Source of the DNA: Tubiluchus corallicola
Taxonomy: Eukaryota > Animalia > Priapulida
Length of the DNA stretch: 64,000 nucleotides
Direction of reading: 5' to 3'
Assembly: GCA_030141605.1 (NCBI GenBank)
Contig: JAQGDQ010002379.1
Coordinates: 186,001 to 250,000 of the forward strand
Shown piece after piece: positions 1-14,994 of this stretch. Position numbers and translations under genes: made by a program. The notes under the pieces are model-generated. The model saw only the letters and a list, made by a program, of their open reading frames with translations. It was not told the DNA's origin and ran no database searches. Each line of letters starts with the position of its first letter. Positions within the stretch are counted from its first letter, which is position 1.

Positions 1-731
1 ACGAGTTGATTCCACGACAGAATGGTATTTGGTCAATATTAGCTTTTTGTTGAACTGAGCTGTTTTGTTTTGCTTAAGTTATGCTGTTTAACATAAACAG
101 GCTTTTCCACTGTTTTTTGGTACTCCAAAAATTTATAGCAACAATAGCTATTGTGATGACTTGCAATAGCTATTATACTAAAACTAACGCTTTATACACC
201 GTGTATGCATAGCTATAATGAAACCTAAAGGTAAGAATAACAGGGTAGTAATCATTGCGCACATCAAAGTCATCCATAAAAGAAAGACCTATTATAACGT
301 AGGTCAGAAAAGTATTGTACACATACTTAAAAGTGCAATAGAAGTAATCTTGGCAGGTTATACTGAAAGGTGCTAATAGTTATTATTATAAAATACTATT
401 AAATGATATTTTATAATATCATATATATATAATATAATATCGTCTTTGTTTGTTATTGTTTAGGTCATTAATTAAGTCTTGTCCATGTTGAGCTTAGCTC
501 ATAAGTTAATTTCTTCTACTACGCTCATAGCACTGCAATGCAATGTTAATTTGTAATTGTATAACTTTTGTATTGTGCTAAATTGATGAATAAATTAATC
601 TAAATCTAAATATGTTTTATAAACGTACAGGTTAACCAACTAAAGTAGGTCCCCACTGGAGAGTGCTACGACACTCGTAGATTATTTCTACTAATGCCAT
701 CATGCATCAGGGATTTGTAAATTTAAATTTA

Positions 732-1685
732 CAGTTTGCTGTAAAAATATAGTCAACCATTGGGACAATGAGCAACTGAGCTGTATATACTTCTAGGCAC
801 GTGTAAGTGAAATAAACTGGGAACCATTAAAGTTTTTGCTCCTCTGTGTGTGTGTGTGTACTGTAGACAAGCATAGAAATAGAATTATCATTTTTGTGAA
901 GCTCAGACGCTTCTGATGCAGATCTCATTTGAATTCAGAGACGTGACCGTATTTTGCAAAACAAAAAAAAACTAGCTGAAGAGTCGATACGTCGCTTAAC
1001 CAAACGTCCACAAAGCAGTCAGTTGTCAATACTCGTCGGTTGTAGTCACACTGTAAGTTCCAATATATACTAAAATTATCATCGTCGTCGTCGTCGTCGC
1101 CATCGTTGTCATCACCACCATCATAATCAATATTCACTACCATGTGGCACCGCAACTAACACAAACATCAACGCCAACAACACTATCATTGCCACTAACG
1201 CCCCATGACCTTATTCAGCCACCATTTTTAATTTTGCTGTTTAAATTTTTAACACCAACGGCAGCTAGAATGTCAGCTGCATTCAGTACGATTTACTACA
1301 CGATGTTCACAATATTATAACGCTTTGTTTCACTCTCCTTTCATCAACCCTACACCTGGAGTTTAATACTTTCATCTGAACGCACTGATTATTTTAAATT
1401 ACCACACTTGTGTAAAAGATCACGTTTCTGTGACAGACTTGATTGTATGGTAAAGCGAGCGAGTCATCGTTTAATCATGACACCTGAGGCATGGCAGTGA
1501 TTAAAAGAATTGTCAGTAGTAGAACTAAAAATCATAATAAAGGTCATTCTCACAGAAGCACAATGGGGAAAATAATTATACTGCAAGTCTGTAATTTGAG
1601 TGAAAGTCAGATTCAAATGTAAAGATGAATGATCATTGTTATCTATGTATAGTATTAAATGTTGACTTCATGGTTGTTGATGTTG
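732..1685 (+). repeat. Copy A of a ~950-bp dispersed repeat (inverted copy at 53614-54559)
   Basis: The reverse complement matches 53614-54559 along its whole length (e.g. GTCAACCATTGGGACAATGAGCAACTGAG). Near-identical ORFs 925-1155(-) and 54143-54328(+) arise from the duplication. Confidence 0.95.
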
Positions 1686-2458
1686 GCACAGCAGTTGCTG
1701 CTGCTGCTGCTGCTGCTGCTGCCCTACTTTTGCTGCTCCTGTTCCTGTTGTTTTTTGCTGTTACTGCCGTTGTTGCTGTTGCTGTAATATTCTGGAATTT
1801 GTGATTAAGTACGAACGTATTGCCAATGTCTAACTCGCTTTTGTACTAGAAATATTCAATCTGGGTGATGTACCAGACAGGCTGATGAAGTAGCTGTTAT
1901 TGTTGGTGTTGCTGTTGTTTCTAAAATTCTATTTCAACTGCCTTTTTATAAATTTTGACGTCATTTTATGTCACAGTTTTCTGAAATTCTGTCCCTATAA
2001 CAATTCTGCTTTTGCCGCTGATTTGCGCAAATCTTCATTGAAACGCCGCCTGGTGACAGTAATCATCAGCTGTCATTGGCACGGCCTTTGTTGTCATTAT
2101 TCTTGAGTGACACTACAACAAGTCTACATAAGCCAAAAAAAATCTAAGTCCAAAAATGTATTAGAATGCGCAGTTAAGTGACGTTTCGTTCGAAATTCAA
2201 AAATTTTACATAATTCTAATAAAATACCTCCTAGTGTGCATCATTCGTAGATAGATGTTGAAAATCCAAACTTGTTAGACATCTTATATGTAAAACCAAA
2301 TTACCTGCAACACGTTTTAGTCATTGTGGTGACGTTTTTACTGACAGCAGCAAAGGACACAGTGAAGCGGAATTTAGTGATGGCAGTGGCGTTTGCTGCA
2401 ATGATTATAATGAAACTAGGGTAACAGTGATAATTACGATGATGACGACGATGGTGAT

Positions 2459-2467
2459 ATAATAATA

Positions 2468-2516
<49 letters not shown>

Positions 2517-2572
2517 CGATGATGATGACGACGACGACGATGATAATGATGATGATGATGATGATGATGATA
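2459..2572. repeat. (GAT)n/(GAC)n microsatellite
   Basis: Direct observation. Confidence 0.95.
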
Positions 2573-2824
2573 ACATAGTGATTTACATAATACATGTTAT
2601 TGTAGCCTTAGTTCTGCTTAAGAATCACACTTTGCCAATGAATGCCGCTATCCCTCTATTATTCATAATATCATTGCGATTGCTGTTATGGTTTCTCCTA
2701 AAAGCTGTATTTTATTAAAATAAATTCATAACCTCGTACTACTCAAATTATTTTATTATAAATTTATAGATGTGTCTGATGTTGTATTCTTTGATGTGTG
2801 GAAATAAATTCATAGTCATAATCA

Positions 2825-3365
<541 letters not shown>

Positions 3366-4235
3366 ATGATAATGGTAATGCTGCTAACGATAAAGATGGC
3401 GATGTGGCAGTGGTTAAGATAACGACTGAAATTTATGACACTTATTACAAATATCATATCACTTAGTTTAAGGGAATCAAACTGTGCTTAAAGCGAACAT
3501 TTCCTAAGAAGGGCAGGACTAACCTGCCCCGCTAATGCCCTATACGGTTTTAAGCAATATAGGATTTTGCGGTTATTGTCTTACGTGATTGCCGAAAAAA
3601 TTTCTCCTAGGCGGCCTCCCAGGGAACTCGGATTTCAGTGTTCAATAATCATTTCAACGCAACCTATTACGGCAAATTTCTATCATAATTTCTTAACGTT
3701 AAATGATTTATATTTGACATTTTGCGATATAAATCCCAAACGACTACACTGACAATAGACGTTCAAAATCACCTTGGATTTTGATTGTAATACAATCTTT
3801 GCACAGTAACTTCATATGTTTTTACCCAAAATTGACATTAGAATATTATAATATAATTTTATCGCTGCAAACTGACAGTATTTAGACACTCCTTCTAGAA
3901 GTGAAAATTGCTAGACATCTTTGAGCGAAATATATGAAGAAGAACAGGTGGAAGAACAAGAAAAAGAACAAAAAATGAAGGAAGAGAAGGAGAAGGAGGG
4001 CTGGTCTTATATATGCAACTGAGGAAGCGCAGGGGTAGATGGTTACGGTAGAGCCCTCTTCCCTCCTCCCATAGCAAGTAAGTAAGATCTTTATTTACCA
4101 TAACAAATAATCGTAGCAAATAATTAAGAAACCTAATCAGTGAATGTTTTAAAAAACATACACTGTTAGAGGCAAATGAGACAATGGAAAAGCTAAACTA
4201 CACGTACAAATAACAAAACAGAACTTTAAACTTAA

Positions 4236-4773
4236 AGGAAGACAGGATGATTTTTCATATACCACCCCATTTTCAAGTCTGATAAAACGTGTACATTTTA
4301 ACACAATTAATACTGCAAAAGCGTTTCTGATAATTAAATAATAGATTAAAAACTTAGATCCCAACTATTGATGACAGACACAAACTAACATAATTTTCAA
4401 CAACAAAAATATTCGACGAGCGTGTTGCACGTGTTGGCGAAAGCGAAAATTGAACTGCAGTACTACCGTAAGATATTCAGAATTTCAAATTTACCGTTGT
4501 GCTCACGCATGAGCTGTCGAACGTGTGTAGTTCGTCACAAACTAACACATCTGAACTGAGAGGTACAGCACCTGTTTTTGTGCAATGCGTTTCTAAAATG
4601 CAGGCGCTAGTGCCTCTCTAACTAGCGAATGGCGAAATGCGTGTAACAGCGAAGAACTAGTATCAAAAATGTGAAATTGTGTTTGTGTTGTAATAACTCT
4701 AGTACGTTTCCTTTCAATATTTTAAAGAATAGACTATTTTGACCTACAGTTTAAGATTGGGTCCGAATTTGCT
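4236..4773 (+). mobile_element. Kolobok-like non-autonomous DNA transposon, copy 1
   Basis: TTAA|AGGAAGACAGGATGATTTTTC ... GGGTCCGAATTTGCT|TTAA; homologous to 27329, 29364, 40355 and 43879-44277(-). TTAA TSD with AG..CT termini is the Kolobok signature (piggyBac would start CC). Confidence 0.75.
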
Positions 4774-4884
4774 TTAAACTTTACATATTAACAAACTGAC
4801 TAAGATCAGGTATTGAATTAAAAATGAGTAGTCCTAGAAACACGACCAGAAAGATCTGTTCATGTGGAACATGACTAGTAAATT

Positions 4885-4960
4885 CCCAACACAAGTGGGA
4901 GTCGAACCCAAAACCTTTGAATCAGCACACATAGAAAGACGACCACTGCAAATTACTGTA
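4885..4960 (-). mobile_element. Degenerate tRNA-derived SINE head / tRNA pseudogene
   Basis: Minus strand GGGTTCGACTCCC B-box with a degenerate upstream A-box (GCAGTGG). Confidence 0.4.
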
Positions 4961-5794
4961 AATAAATTTGATAAATAAAATAAACGAATTTGCAGATAAA
5001 TACATAGAGCTTACAAAGAACACACTTTTGACTCCTGTTCGTTTATCTGCCGCCATCTTGTTGCAGACAAAGTTTGCTGGTATATCCCTCCAGTGACCCT
5101 GTGTTTCCACAAATTTCCCTTCTTTTTGTGGGAACAGCGGGAAAAATTGCTATTTAAATTTTGCGGCAATGGCGGCATTTCTATACACATTGATTGAGTT
5201 GAAATTTTAAATTATAAATTAATTCATAATTTAAGCGTTTGTTGATTATTCAGCGGTAGATCAAGAATTACTGGACATTTAAGAGAAATTAAACTTGGCA
5301 CGATTACTGCGCCATTTTCAGTCATTTTTCCTTTGTAAATAATTAGTCTTGTAAACAGAAATTCATCGACGTTTCGTTTCACGTTCAATGTCGCTAAATT
5401 TCTGTTAAATTTCTGTTAAAAAGAATAATAATTGCAACTGAGGTATACATTATGGGTATGCATATGGCCTTATATTTATTTTCTTAATACTAATGCCATT
5501 TTGACTTGGAATATTTGCCCATTGGACTATACATTTACTAACCTTTTTTTAAATGTTTAGCTTACTAATCCTCTGTTCTTTGTGGAAATATTTATTTTAT
5601 TTGTCATGCAGTAAATGTCCTAAATAGTGATTTTTAATTAAGCTTTGTTTATTGCATTTGTTTATTGTTTGTTTGTGGCATTTATTGTAGTATTAAAACA
5701 CAAGGATTGTCAATAATTACTTTATGAGATCAGATCTATTAAACTAAGCAAAATGACAAATTTTCTTTTTAACGATGCCAAGAAGCCTACAAAG

Positions 5795-6205
5795 CATCCA
5801 CCACCACCATCATCCAATGAATCACACGTCCAGGGACATGATTCTGCTCACCTCTCTATGCCAGGTCTCCCTGCTCGCCGCAGTGCCCCAAGTGCATTTA
5901 TTTCTAAGGATCAATGCTGAAGTGTTTAAATCTTTCTGTGCAAAATCTAAATATGTTAACATTTGTCCCCTGCAGGTTTTTTAGCTGGTTCTATGGCTTG
6001 TTGAAGAGCTATCTTCACTGGAATATCATCAGGTAGTCTAAACATATGCCCAATCCATCTTAAACGGCGTCTTTTTATTTTTCTTGTCCAAGGTTCTTCT
6101 TTTATTTTTTTCATATAGATCTTTGTTTGAAATTTTCTTTGGCCATCTAATACCCAAAATGTTTCTGTAATTTCGCCTTTGAAACACATCGATTTCAAAA
6201 TACGG
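5795..6205 (-). mobile_element. 5'-truncated RTE-clade LINE 3' end (frameshifted RT C-terminus)
   Basis: ORF pieces FQRRNYRNILGIRWPKKISNKDLYE and IKRRRLRWIGHMFRLPDDIPVKIAL are typical of the RTE ORF C-terminus; short (TGG/TGA)n tail at ~5795-5815. Confidence 0.85.
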
Positions 6206-7439
6206 CCACTCTTTCACTGCGCCAAAACAATGGTACAAATCTTTTTGATTGCCGAAAGTCACTAAATCACTCACATTCAACTCAATTTATTCACACCTAT
6301 TGTGAACTGAAATATACGTAAAATAAATAAAAATACATAGGATGTTTAAAAAATAAAGATATAGTGTTAGTTTCTTGCTTGAAATAGGTTTCAATTGCTT
6401 CTATTCGTGTTTCCGGAAGCTTAGTGCGTTTTCATTTCATTTGATAAGTAAAAGTATGTAAATATGTTAAAAAAAACTCATTTCTGGTATTTACTGGTTT
6501 CGATACAGTAAGTTTATACAGCCAAATTCGCTTGTGCAATTGAATAGAATTGATTCACGCGATTTCACGTTGTATATCACGCAATAAAAACTGTTTGTTT
6601 TGTCATTTATCTTGTATGTCTGAAATTGTTTCAACAAATTTTAAATCTCCATCAGAGCATACATTAATCAAAACGTCAAGGACCAATTATAGAAGTATTT
6701 ACACTCTAAATCATCATCATCATATGCCCATTACGTCTATTGTGTCTCTATTGCAGAACTCTAAAATAAAAGAAATCTTCTCTCAAGACAGGTAAACGCA
6801 GCAGTAATCAAGCAAAAAACTAGATACTGCTATGCCAGTGACTTGTCAGTGATCGAAATAACACAATATGGAATATCTTCAAAATACTGAAATGGAAAAG
6901 CTTTATTGATTTGTTACTTTTTGAACGCTCTGCCTTTATCACAACTCGATGACTTTAGCCAATCAAAACAAAGTCATTTTCTCATAACTAATAAAAAGAA
7001 TAAATTCATGTCCAGGACGTTTTGCGCGTCTGAAACGACGCAGGCAGTTTTGCAAGACGTTTTAATACTTTTCCTCCTTTGAAGTCCGTCTCCTGTGGAA
7101 TTTATAGTTCGCTTAATTGAGAAGTTGTTTGTATATGGTCTGCATACTGTAATAAATTTCCTTATTCAACTAAACTCCATGTTAAATTGTTTCGCAATTT
7201 CTACTAGCGCAGCATCAAAATAAATTGCGTATATTTTTTGCACGTACAATAATTCAAGAGAGTTGCAGCGTCGTTATATTTCTGCATGAGGAATTCATCT
7301 AAACAGATAAGTATTAGAACGCAATTTATGCGGTGAAATTGTTTACATCTTATAACTTTAATCGTCGTCGCCATCGCCGCCACAAGAGATGCCAAAGAAG
7401 AGCGCACAAAGGGGAAGAAAGGGGAATTTTGAAGTATAT

Positions 7440-8260
<821 letters not shown>

Positions 8261-8821
8261 TCCAACGTTTGACCGCACGCTAAGCATGACAGGTTTGATG
8301 AAACGTAAGGCTTCCGCCAAGGTATAAAATTTAAGAAAATTAATCATCACTGAAAACCAATTCGACTAAAGGTTCTAAAATTTTATTAAAACTGATGAGA
8401 TGTTGAACTAATTGAAAAAGGGGAACACATATAAATGTTCACCGCTATCTAATAGACTTCTGAAACAACTAAAAACTTCACAAGCTTCCCTGTTACGGGC
8501 GTCACGTGACAGTCTGTACTTGTTACTTGCATGATATGATGACGTTCACGGTGACATTCGTCGACAAGCACTGAACCGAACGTGTGCTTACAGACATCCC
8601 ATAACTAAAGCCCTGAGGAGCTCGCAAATTCTGAATTAAAGTATATATACGTATTTGGCAGGAAAACGAAAAATTTTTGCAAACTATAAACCGCATTCAG
8701 TGAATTTGCAAAATACTGCAGCTTTCTTTGATACTTATTTAAGACCCATCAGACTTTCTGTTTTCATTATATATTTATTTATTTATTTATTCATTCACTC
8801 ATTTATTTATTTATTTATCGG

Positions 8822-8971
<150 letters not shown>

Positions 8972-9094
8972 CATACATTCATTCATTCATTCACTCAGTC
9001 ACTCATTCATTCATTTACATTTGTTTATTTATTTACTATTTTATTTATACTTTTAAACTAGTTTCCGAAGCTGGCAGGTCTTTCAAAAGAATAA

Positions 9095-9165
9095 ACAGAA
9101 ATAGCTCAATCGGCTGCAAGCTGTTTTTCCATGTCGAAGGTTGCCGGTTCAATTCCGCGTTTAGC
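9095..9165 (+). pseudogene. tRNA-like pseudogene or SINE head
   Basis: A-box TAGCTCAATCGG (9102) and B-box GGTTCAATTCC (9146) at tRNA spacing; acceptor and anticodon stems do not pair well. Confidence 0.5.
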
Positions 9166-9614
9166 AGTTAGCTTAAAGCAGTTAGAAATAAAAACAATGT
9201 TTACTGGAACTTTCTTCATGTATTGAACAAACAGGGTCAAGTTTCTGCAACACAGAAAAAAGGTTAACTCCACCCAGCGAATATAACGACGCATATATGC
9301 TTCACCCAGGTATATCAGCCCGTCGGCTACATAGTGAGACGGGGAGATGGAGACATTAACCCAGACAATCTAGAACCTGTAGTTGCTCAATGGCTGGAAC
9401 CATGTACTCTGTGTGTGTCATATAATCGCTCATCTTAGACAACTACCTAAATATTCTGACATCGACACATCATCGCTGACATCAATATTAGCACATAATG
9501 ATACCGCTAAACAAGTGGAAAATGTACATAGATGTTCGTTGTTATTTAGTTTAAAAATAATTTATTATAGGATTGGATCAGACAGTTTGAACAACATTAT
9601 TTAGGATCCTCATC

Positions 9615-9995
9615 ACAACAGACTTTATACACTATTTACAAAAACATTTACAGTAAGAATAGACTATAACTACACAAGCTGACAAGTTTTACTACAAGAT
9701 TACATTAGACATTAGTAGAAAATGACGGTTAGAAAATATTAATGTACGAATATTTAAGACTGATGCATTTCATATCAGATAGAAACTACTGGAAGCGTTT
9801 AGTACGTAATATAAAGTCATGTAGGCATTGGAATATTGTACAGTTAGCAACATAGTTAAGTTCATCTTTTCCGAATAATAACAATTTCAACAGATCATTA
9901 GTTCCTAAGGCAGCTATATTAAGGTTGTCGGGCAGAAGTTGCTATTTCAGCGAATGCCTTTGTATATTTAGACATACGAAAACTATTTTGCATTA
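9615..9995 (-). mobile_element. CR1/L2-type LINE ORF2 C-terminus plus 3' UTR fragment
   Basis: Minus strand translates to LLFGKDELNYVANCTIFQCLHDFILRTKRFQ*, the same terminal pattern (LLFG..L....N..IF..V..YI..T.RF) as the 22072-22330 fragment. Confidence 0.7.
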
Positions 9996-10473
9996 CTATT
10001 GTATAATATTGCTGCGTATAATAGTACTTGCATTTTGCTAAAAGTGTTTTTTAATATGCACCCAGTTTGCATTTACGTGACGTCACTGATGTAGCAGTAA
10101 GGAACATGCCTTGTTACGAACTTCTTACAGCTACCTTGCAATTTGTAATTTTATTATAATTTTGTTGGTCAATAAATTACATACATACGTAGGTAAGTGA
10201 CGCCCGCAGCATTTTTGATACGCCACAAATTGCGTAACGTGCAATTTGCGCATGTACATTAAGTGCATTACTAAAATAACGCAAATGGATTATAAGGTAA
10301 TTTCGATGCCATTTATGGCAAAACAGAAAGCCTATGCTTGCGGCAGGCTAGTGTTAACAATTTTGAAGTAATTCGACGTAAAATTTTAACATTTATGAAA
10401 ATGTCGGTCTAATTAACTTAATTTATACAAGCGAACAAAAACATAACTTGAGGAAATGAGTTAAAGTGTTAAT

Positions 10474-10698
<225 letters not shown>

Positions 10699-13600
10699 AC
10701 TTTTAAAACAGCAATCCGTTTTCAAAACACAAAAATTAAAAACAAAATCACAATTATTGTACATTAAGTTGTTTGTCTTTAAAACATTTGAAAGATCACG
10801 TTTCGTAAACAACAACACTGCGCATTACAGTCAAACTACACTGAATTAAACTAGACGCATCGACGCATGCACACTGCCATCTGTTTGAATACGTAATTTC
10901 GCGTGCAATTTAGATTTTGTTTTGGAAGATTTTGCAAAAAAAGTTTCTAAAATATTGCTAAATTAAACGCCTCTGGGTCTGTTTTTGCCAGCGCAGACTC
11001 AAGGTCTTAAAATGGCTGGCTTAAAATGTGACTAGGACAAGAACAAACTAATTGGCAAAACTTGAAAAGGTTGGGCAACTAAACTTACACAGCTTATAAC
11101 ACTCAAGGGAAATAAAAATTTTGGAGGGATGCTCGGTGACCTATGGTGGGTCAGTCAGGGTGGTAGTTGTTGGCTGCTTAAACTACAGGTGTTTGAAACT
11201 GAGTTACATAATAAAGTGTGTAGAGATTTAATACACGCCTCTAAATTGGTCACTCCAAGTGAGTGGGCGCGGCTGACAGAAGCCAAAATGTAAAATAAGG
11301 AGTCACAGGTTCGATGACCTGTTAAGAAATTACCAGCAGCCAAATTTTTGTTTTACAAAGTAGATACCTGAGGGCATTCTTATAGTAAACAGAGATTCTA
11401 TCGAATAACGTTTAGAATTCAATAAGTAATTAAACAATGTTCAAGTCAGTTGACGGAGAAAGAAAAAACTTCAGAGACATTATACTGGGAGCCGACTAGG
11501 GCACAGATCCTAAATTTTAGACTAAGCTTTTCAACATGTCTGTGAGCAGAATCCGCCAGTCTTATTTAAACGAACCAACTGAGATTGCACCAGCAAATGG
11601 TGCATTATTACATATGTACCAGCGAAATTACATGTTCTCTTAGCAGAATTAGCCAGTTTTATTTAAAAGAACCAACCGAAATGCACCGACAAATTTGCAA
11701 AACATGCCGACACAAGAAAATGGGTTAACAGAAAAGACATTTTTGACGTAAGCATACAGCTCGAAGACTTTGGGAGTCTGGAAAAGAGTTTCATAACCTA
11801 TATTGGATAACTTATAAATCATATTCCTGGTGGCAATTGCCCGAAATGATACGTTGACGGTCGGTAATTTGGACAATACAAACGTCAAATATAATAAAAA
11901 TGAAGTGGATAAATACATCAAAGTTTTATGGAGTAGAAAAATACAACATGTAAACCAGTAGACCGGTAATCCGCAAGAGATAATTCCTGTGTGGCTTAGA
12001 AAATAATGACATTCGGACCATTTACAGAAAGAGAGACACTAATGTATATAGATATTGTAAAAGAACTAACCCAAAATGATCTTATAGTAAACTGATTATA
12101 CAGGATACTGTGTTATATACGAATGACATTAGCTTAACATTATTTATGTATGTAGAAGCTACAACATATACTATTTGTACATACAGTATAACATGTATAA
12201 ACAATGTACGCAATTATTAGATATATAATTAGAATTAATAAATCATAATGCAGTATTGTTAGCTTGTTTAGTAAGAAATTGTAACTGTGAAGAATTTAAT
12301 GTAAAAATTTATTCAATGTACATAATGTAAAGATTCATTTAACATTTTTGTACTTATGTGCCCTGCAAATAGCGGGCTTATTGTATCATTTTCAATAAAG
12401 ATTTTTAATAATAATAATAATAACAATAATAATAATTCCTGGTGGGGGACACTTTCAGCAGGTCAACCAGCAACTTTTAGTTTGTGATTAAAAGTCAAAG
12501 GCCAATTCGCAAAATTACATCTCAAACACTAGAGGAATAAAGTTCAAAACTTAATAGTATTAAGCAACAGATTAGTGTGAGGACAGATTATAGAAGGAAT
12601 CCCCGGCAGCACTGAATGTGTGATTGAGTTCAAAAGCTAATTTCTCAACTGACAAATAGCTTAAACAGTAACGAAAACTCAACATGTGGAATAAAAGCAA
12701 GCCAATTAATAAGTAAATTGACGCGACGAAAATGTTAACGCCCTTCACTTGCAAGCCTTTGAGTTTCGTACAGTCTATCTGTGACGCTGCAGGACAGTGT
12801 CTTGCAACCCAGATCTATTTACTTCATTATTACCTGAACAAAATGTCGCAGGTTGTATTTAAGTACAGTGATCGGAAACATGCATTGCCGAATTTTGATG
12901 ATTAATCGCTAAAATAATTTTTGCTTGAATTAACGACTATGAATCCACTATGAGCTCATTGATTTGCCCTCACTGCCCCAAGTTTTTTTTAAATCAATTT
13001 GTGAAACGCAATGCTTCCTCGCTTTCCAGGTGCTAAACTCTGACCGTATAACAGACGTACAAACAAAGTCTTTTTCAACATTTTATTCGCGAAATATCAC
13101 AATTACAACTTACGGGCAAAGGCTCGTGTTGCACAAGCTAAAGTTTTTAATCCTTTGGAGCTTAACGACACCACATTATTCAAAACTTAATAATGTTATT
13201 GAGCGCATAGCTGTGTTGTTTGAATACAATAGTATAGCACTATTACTCTTCCCTCCATTTTGCAAAAAAATCTTTGAGAGGCACAATAAATGCAAGTTTA
13301 AAGCAGCGCAGAAAACATTTTTTAAATTTAAGCTCAAATGAGTCTGCTGTAATTGGCGTAAATTTAGCGTAAAATTGCTGAGATACATAATTACGGCACA
13401 CGTTATAGACTGAACTATCACTACATACAGTGCAACACTAATGTTAGAAAATTTTCTATTAAATACAATGGAATTCAATTGCTCCAGCTATTAAAAATGC
13501 CAACTCGCTGCCCATATTTAAAAAAATTTATAAATTAAACTTACTTGAAACGTATAACTGATCACTCAATCATGATTTGTTGTTTTTCATTTTCAAAAAC

Positions 13601-14397
13601 TTCCCCTCTAGTATAATAATATTTTTATTACTTCCCACCCGTATTTATATTTGTATATATTGTAATATTGTATCTGTATATATTGTAATTTTTTCGTAAC
13701 TAATTCTAGTGGCCTACCATAAGCTAGCTTCTTAGGTCTCTAGCGCAGAATTCATGAATTGTATCATAAGTTTGTATTAACAAAAACTGATTATCGATGC
13801 ACATGTAATGTATATGTATATGTTTATTGCGAAATAAATCTATTAAATCTAAAAAAAATCTGACCAGTTGCATTTTATCTGTGTTTTATCACATACGCGT
13901 GTGCATTGTTAAGTACGTATGAGATACCCGTGACGACCGCCAAAACGAACACAGCTTGTTTCACCTGCACAAAGCTTTTCATTATGGCATGGTATTTTAA
14001 ATATGGTCTGGTTATCAGTAATATCTACATTTGGCACCCAATCATGTGTTTCGTTCAGTCAGTGCTGCTTTAAATCTAGGAAGCCACAACAACAACGGAG
14101 CAATAATCATTTAACTAACCGAAGTCTAATACATTCTGAAATGTAGCAGTTTAACTGCTGCCAGCGTTTAACCTTTTCCAAACTTAAATCATTTAATCCA
14201 GGCCATTATCCCGGGCCACAAATTTCCATCTTTATTGCTCGCCGCATAATAACCGCCTAACACCTCACGACAATTTATGTAAAATATAAGCCGGTGCCGA
14301 CATTTCCGTTTGTGAGCACTATGCTGTGTTTTGTTGCTATGCTGTAATGGCTGATGCAGTCTGTTCAGCTTGAGAAGGGGGATTGGGGAGCAGTGAA

Positions 14398-14633
<236 letters not shown>

Positions 14634-14717
14634 AAAGCAGATATACCATTTTGTTTTCACAATAACACGTATAAAATAGACTAAACATGACCCATAAGTC
14701 CGAAGCGGTGTTTTATC

Positions 14718-14994
14718 CAGTGCCGTATTCACACTTGGTGAGGATATAAGCACTATATAAGGCTCTGAGGCCCTCTTTTTTTAAATTTCGCCAATTGGTC
14801 CCAGAAAACTTGAAAATATGCGTGGCTTAATTATTTATAGCAAAGAGAACAATACACTTGACTAAAACATTACTAAATTATTACTTAAATATAAAAATGG
14901 GTATAAAACCCAATCTGGAACCTTGTTGAGGCCCCATGTAGATTGTGAGGCCCTAAGCTGTCGCTTACTCAGCTGATACCTAAACCCGGCGCAG
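14718..14994 (+). mobile_element. hAT-superfamily MITE
   Basis: Perfect 8-bp TSD GTTTTATC (14710-14717 and 14995-15002); imperfect TIRs CAGTGCCGTATT / AACCCGGCGCAG; internal GAGGCCC repeats. Confidence 0.8.

Noticed and set aside
925-1155. Duplicated acidic ORF (also 54143-54328)
   Set aside because: Non-ATG start, acidic run is a GAT/GAC microsatellite, the 3' ends differ by frameshift, and the similarity is explained by DNA duplication.
11157-11370. Possible hAT MITE (CAGGGTGGTAG ... GATACCTG); similar weak candidates at 25441 and 36910-37288
   Set aside because: TIRs are weak and TSDs match at most 5 of 8, so the boundaries cannot be supported.
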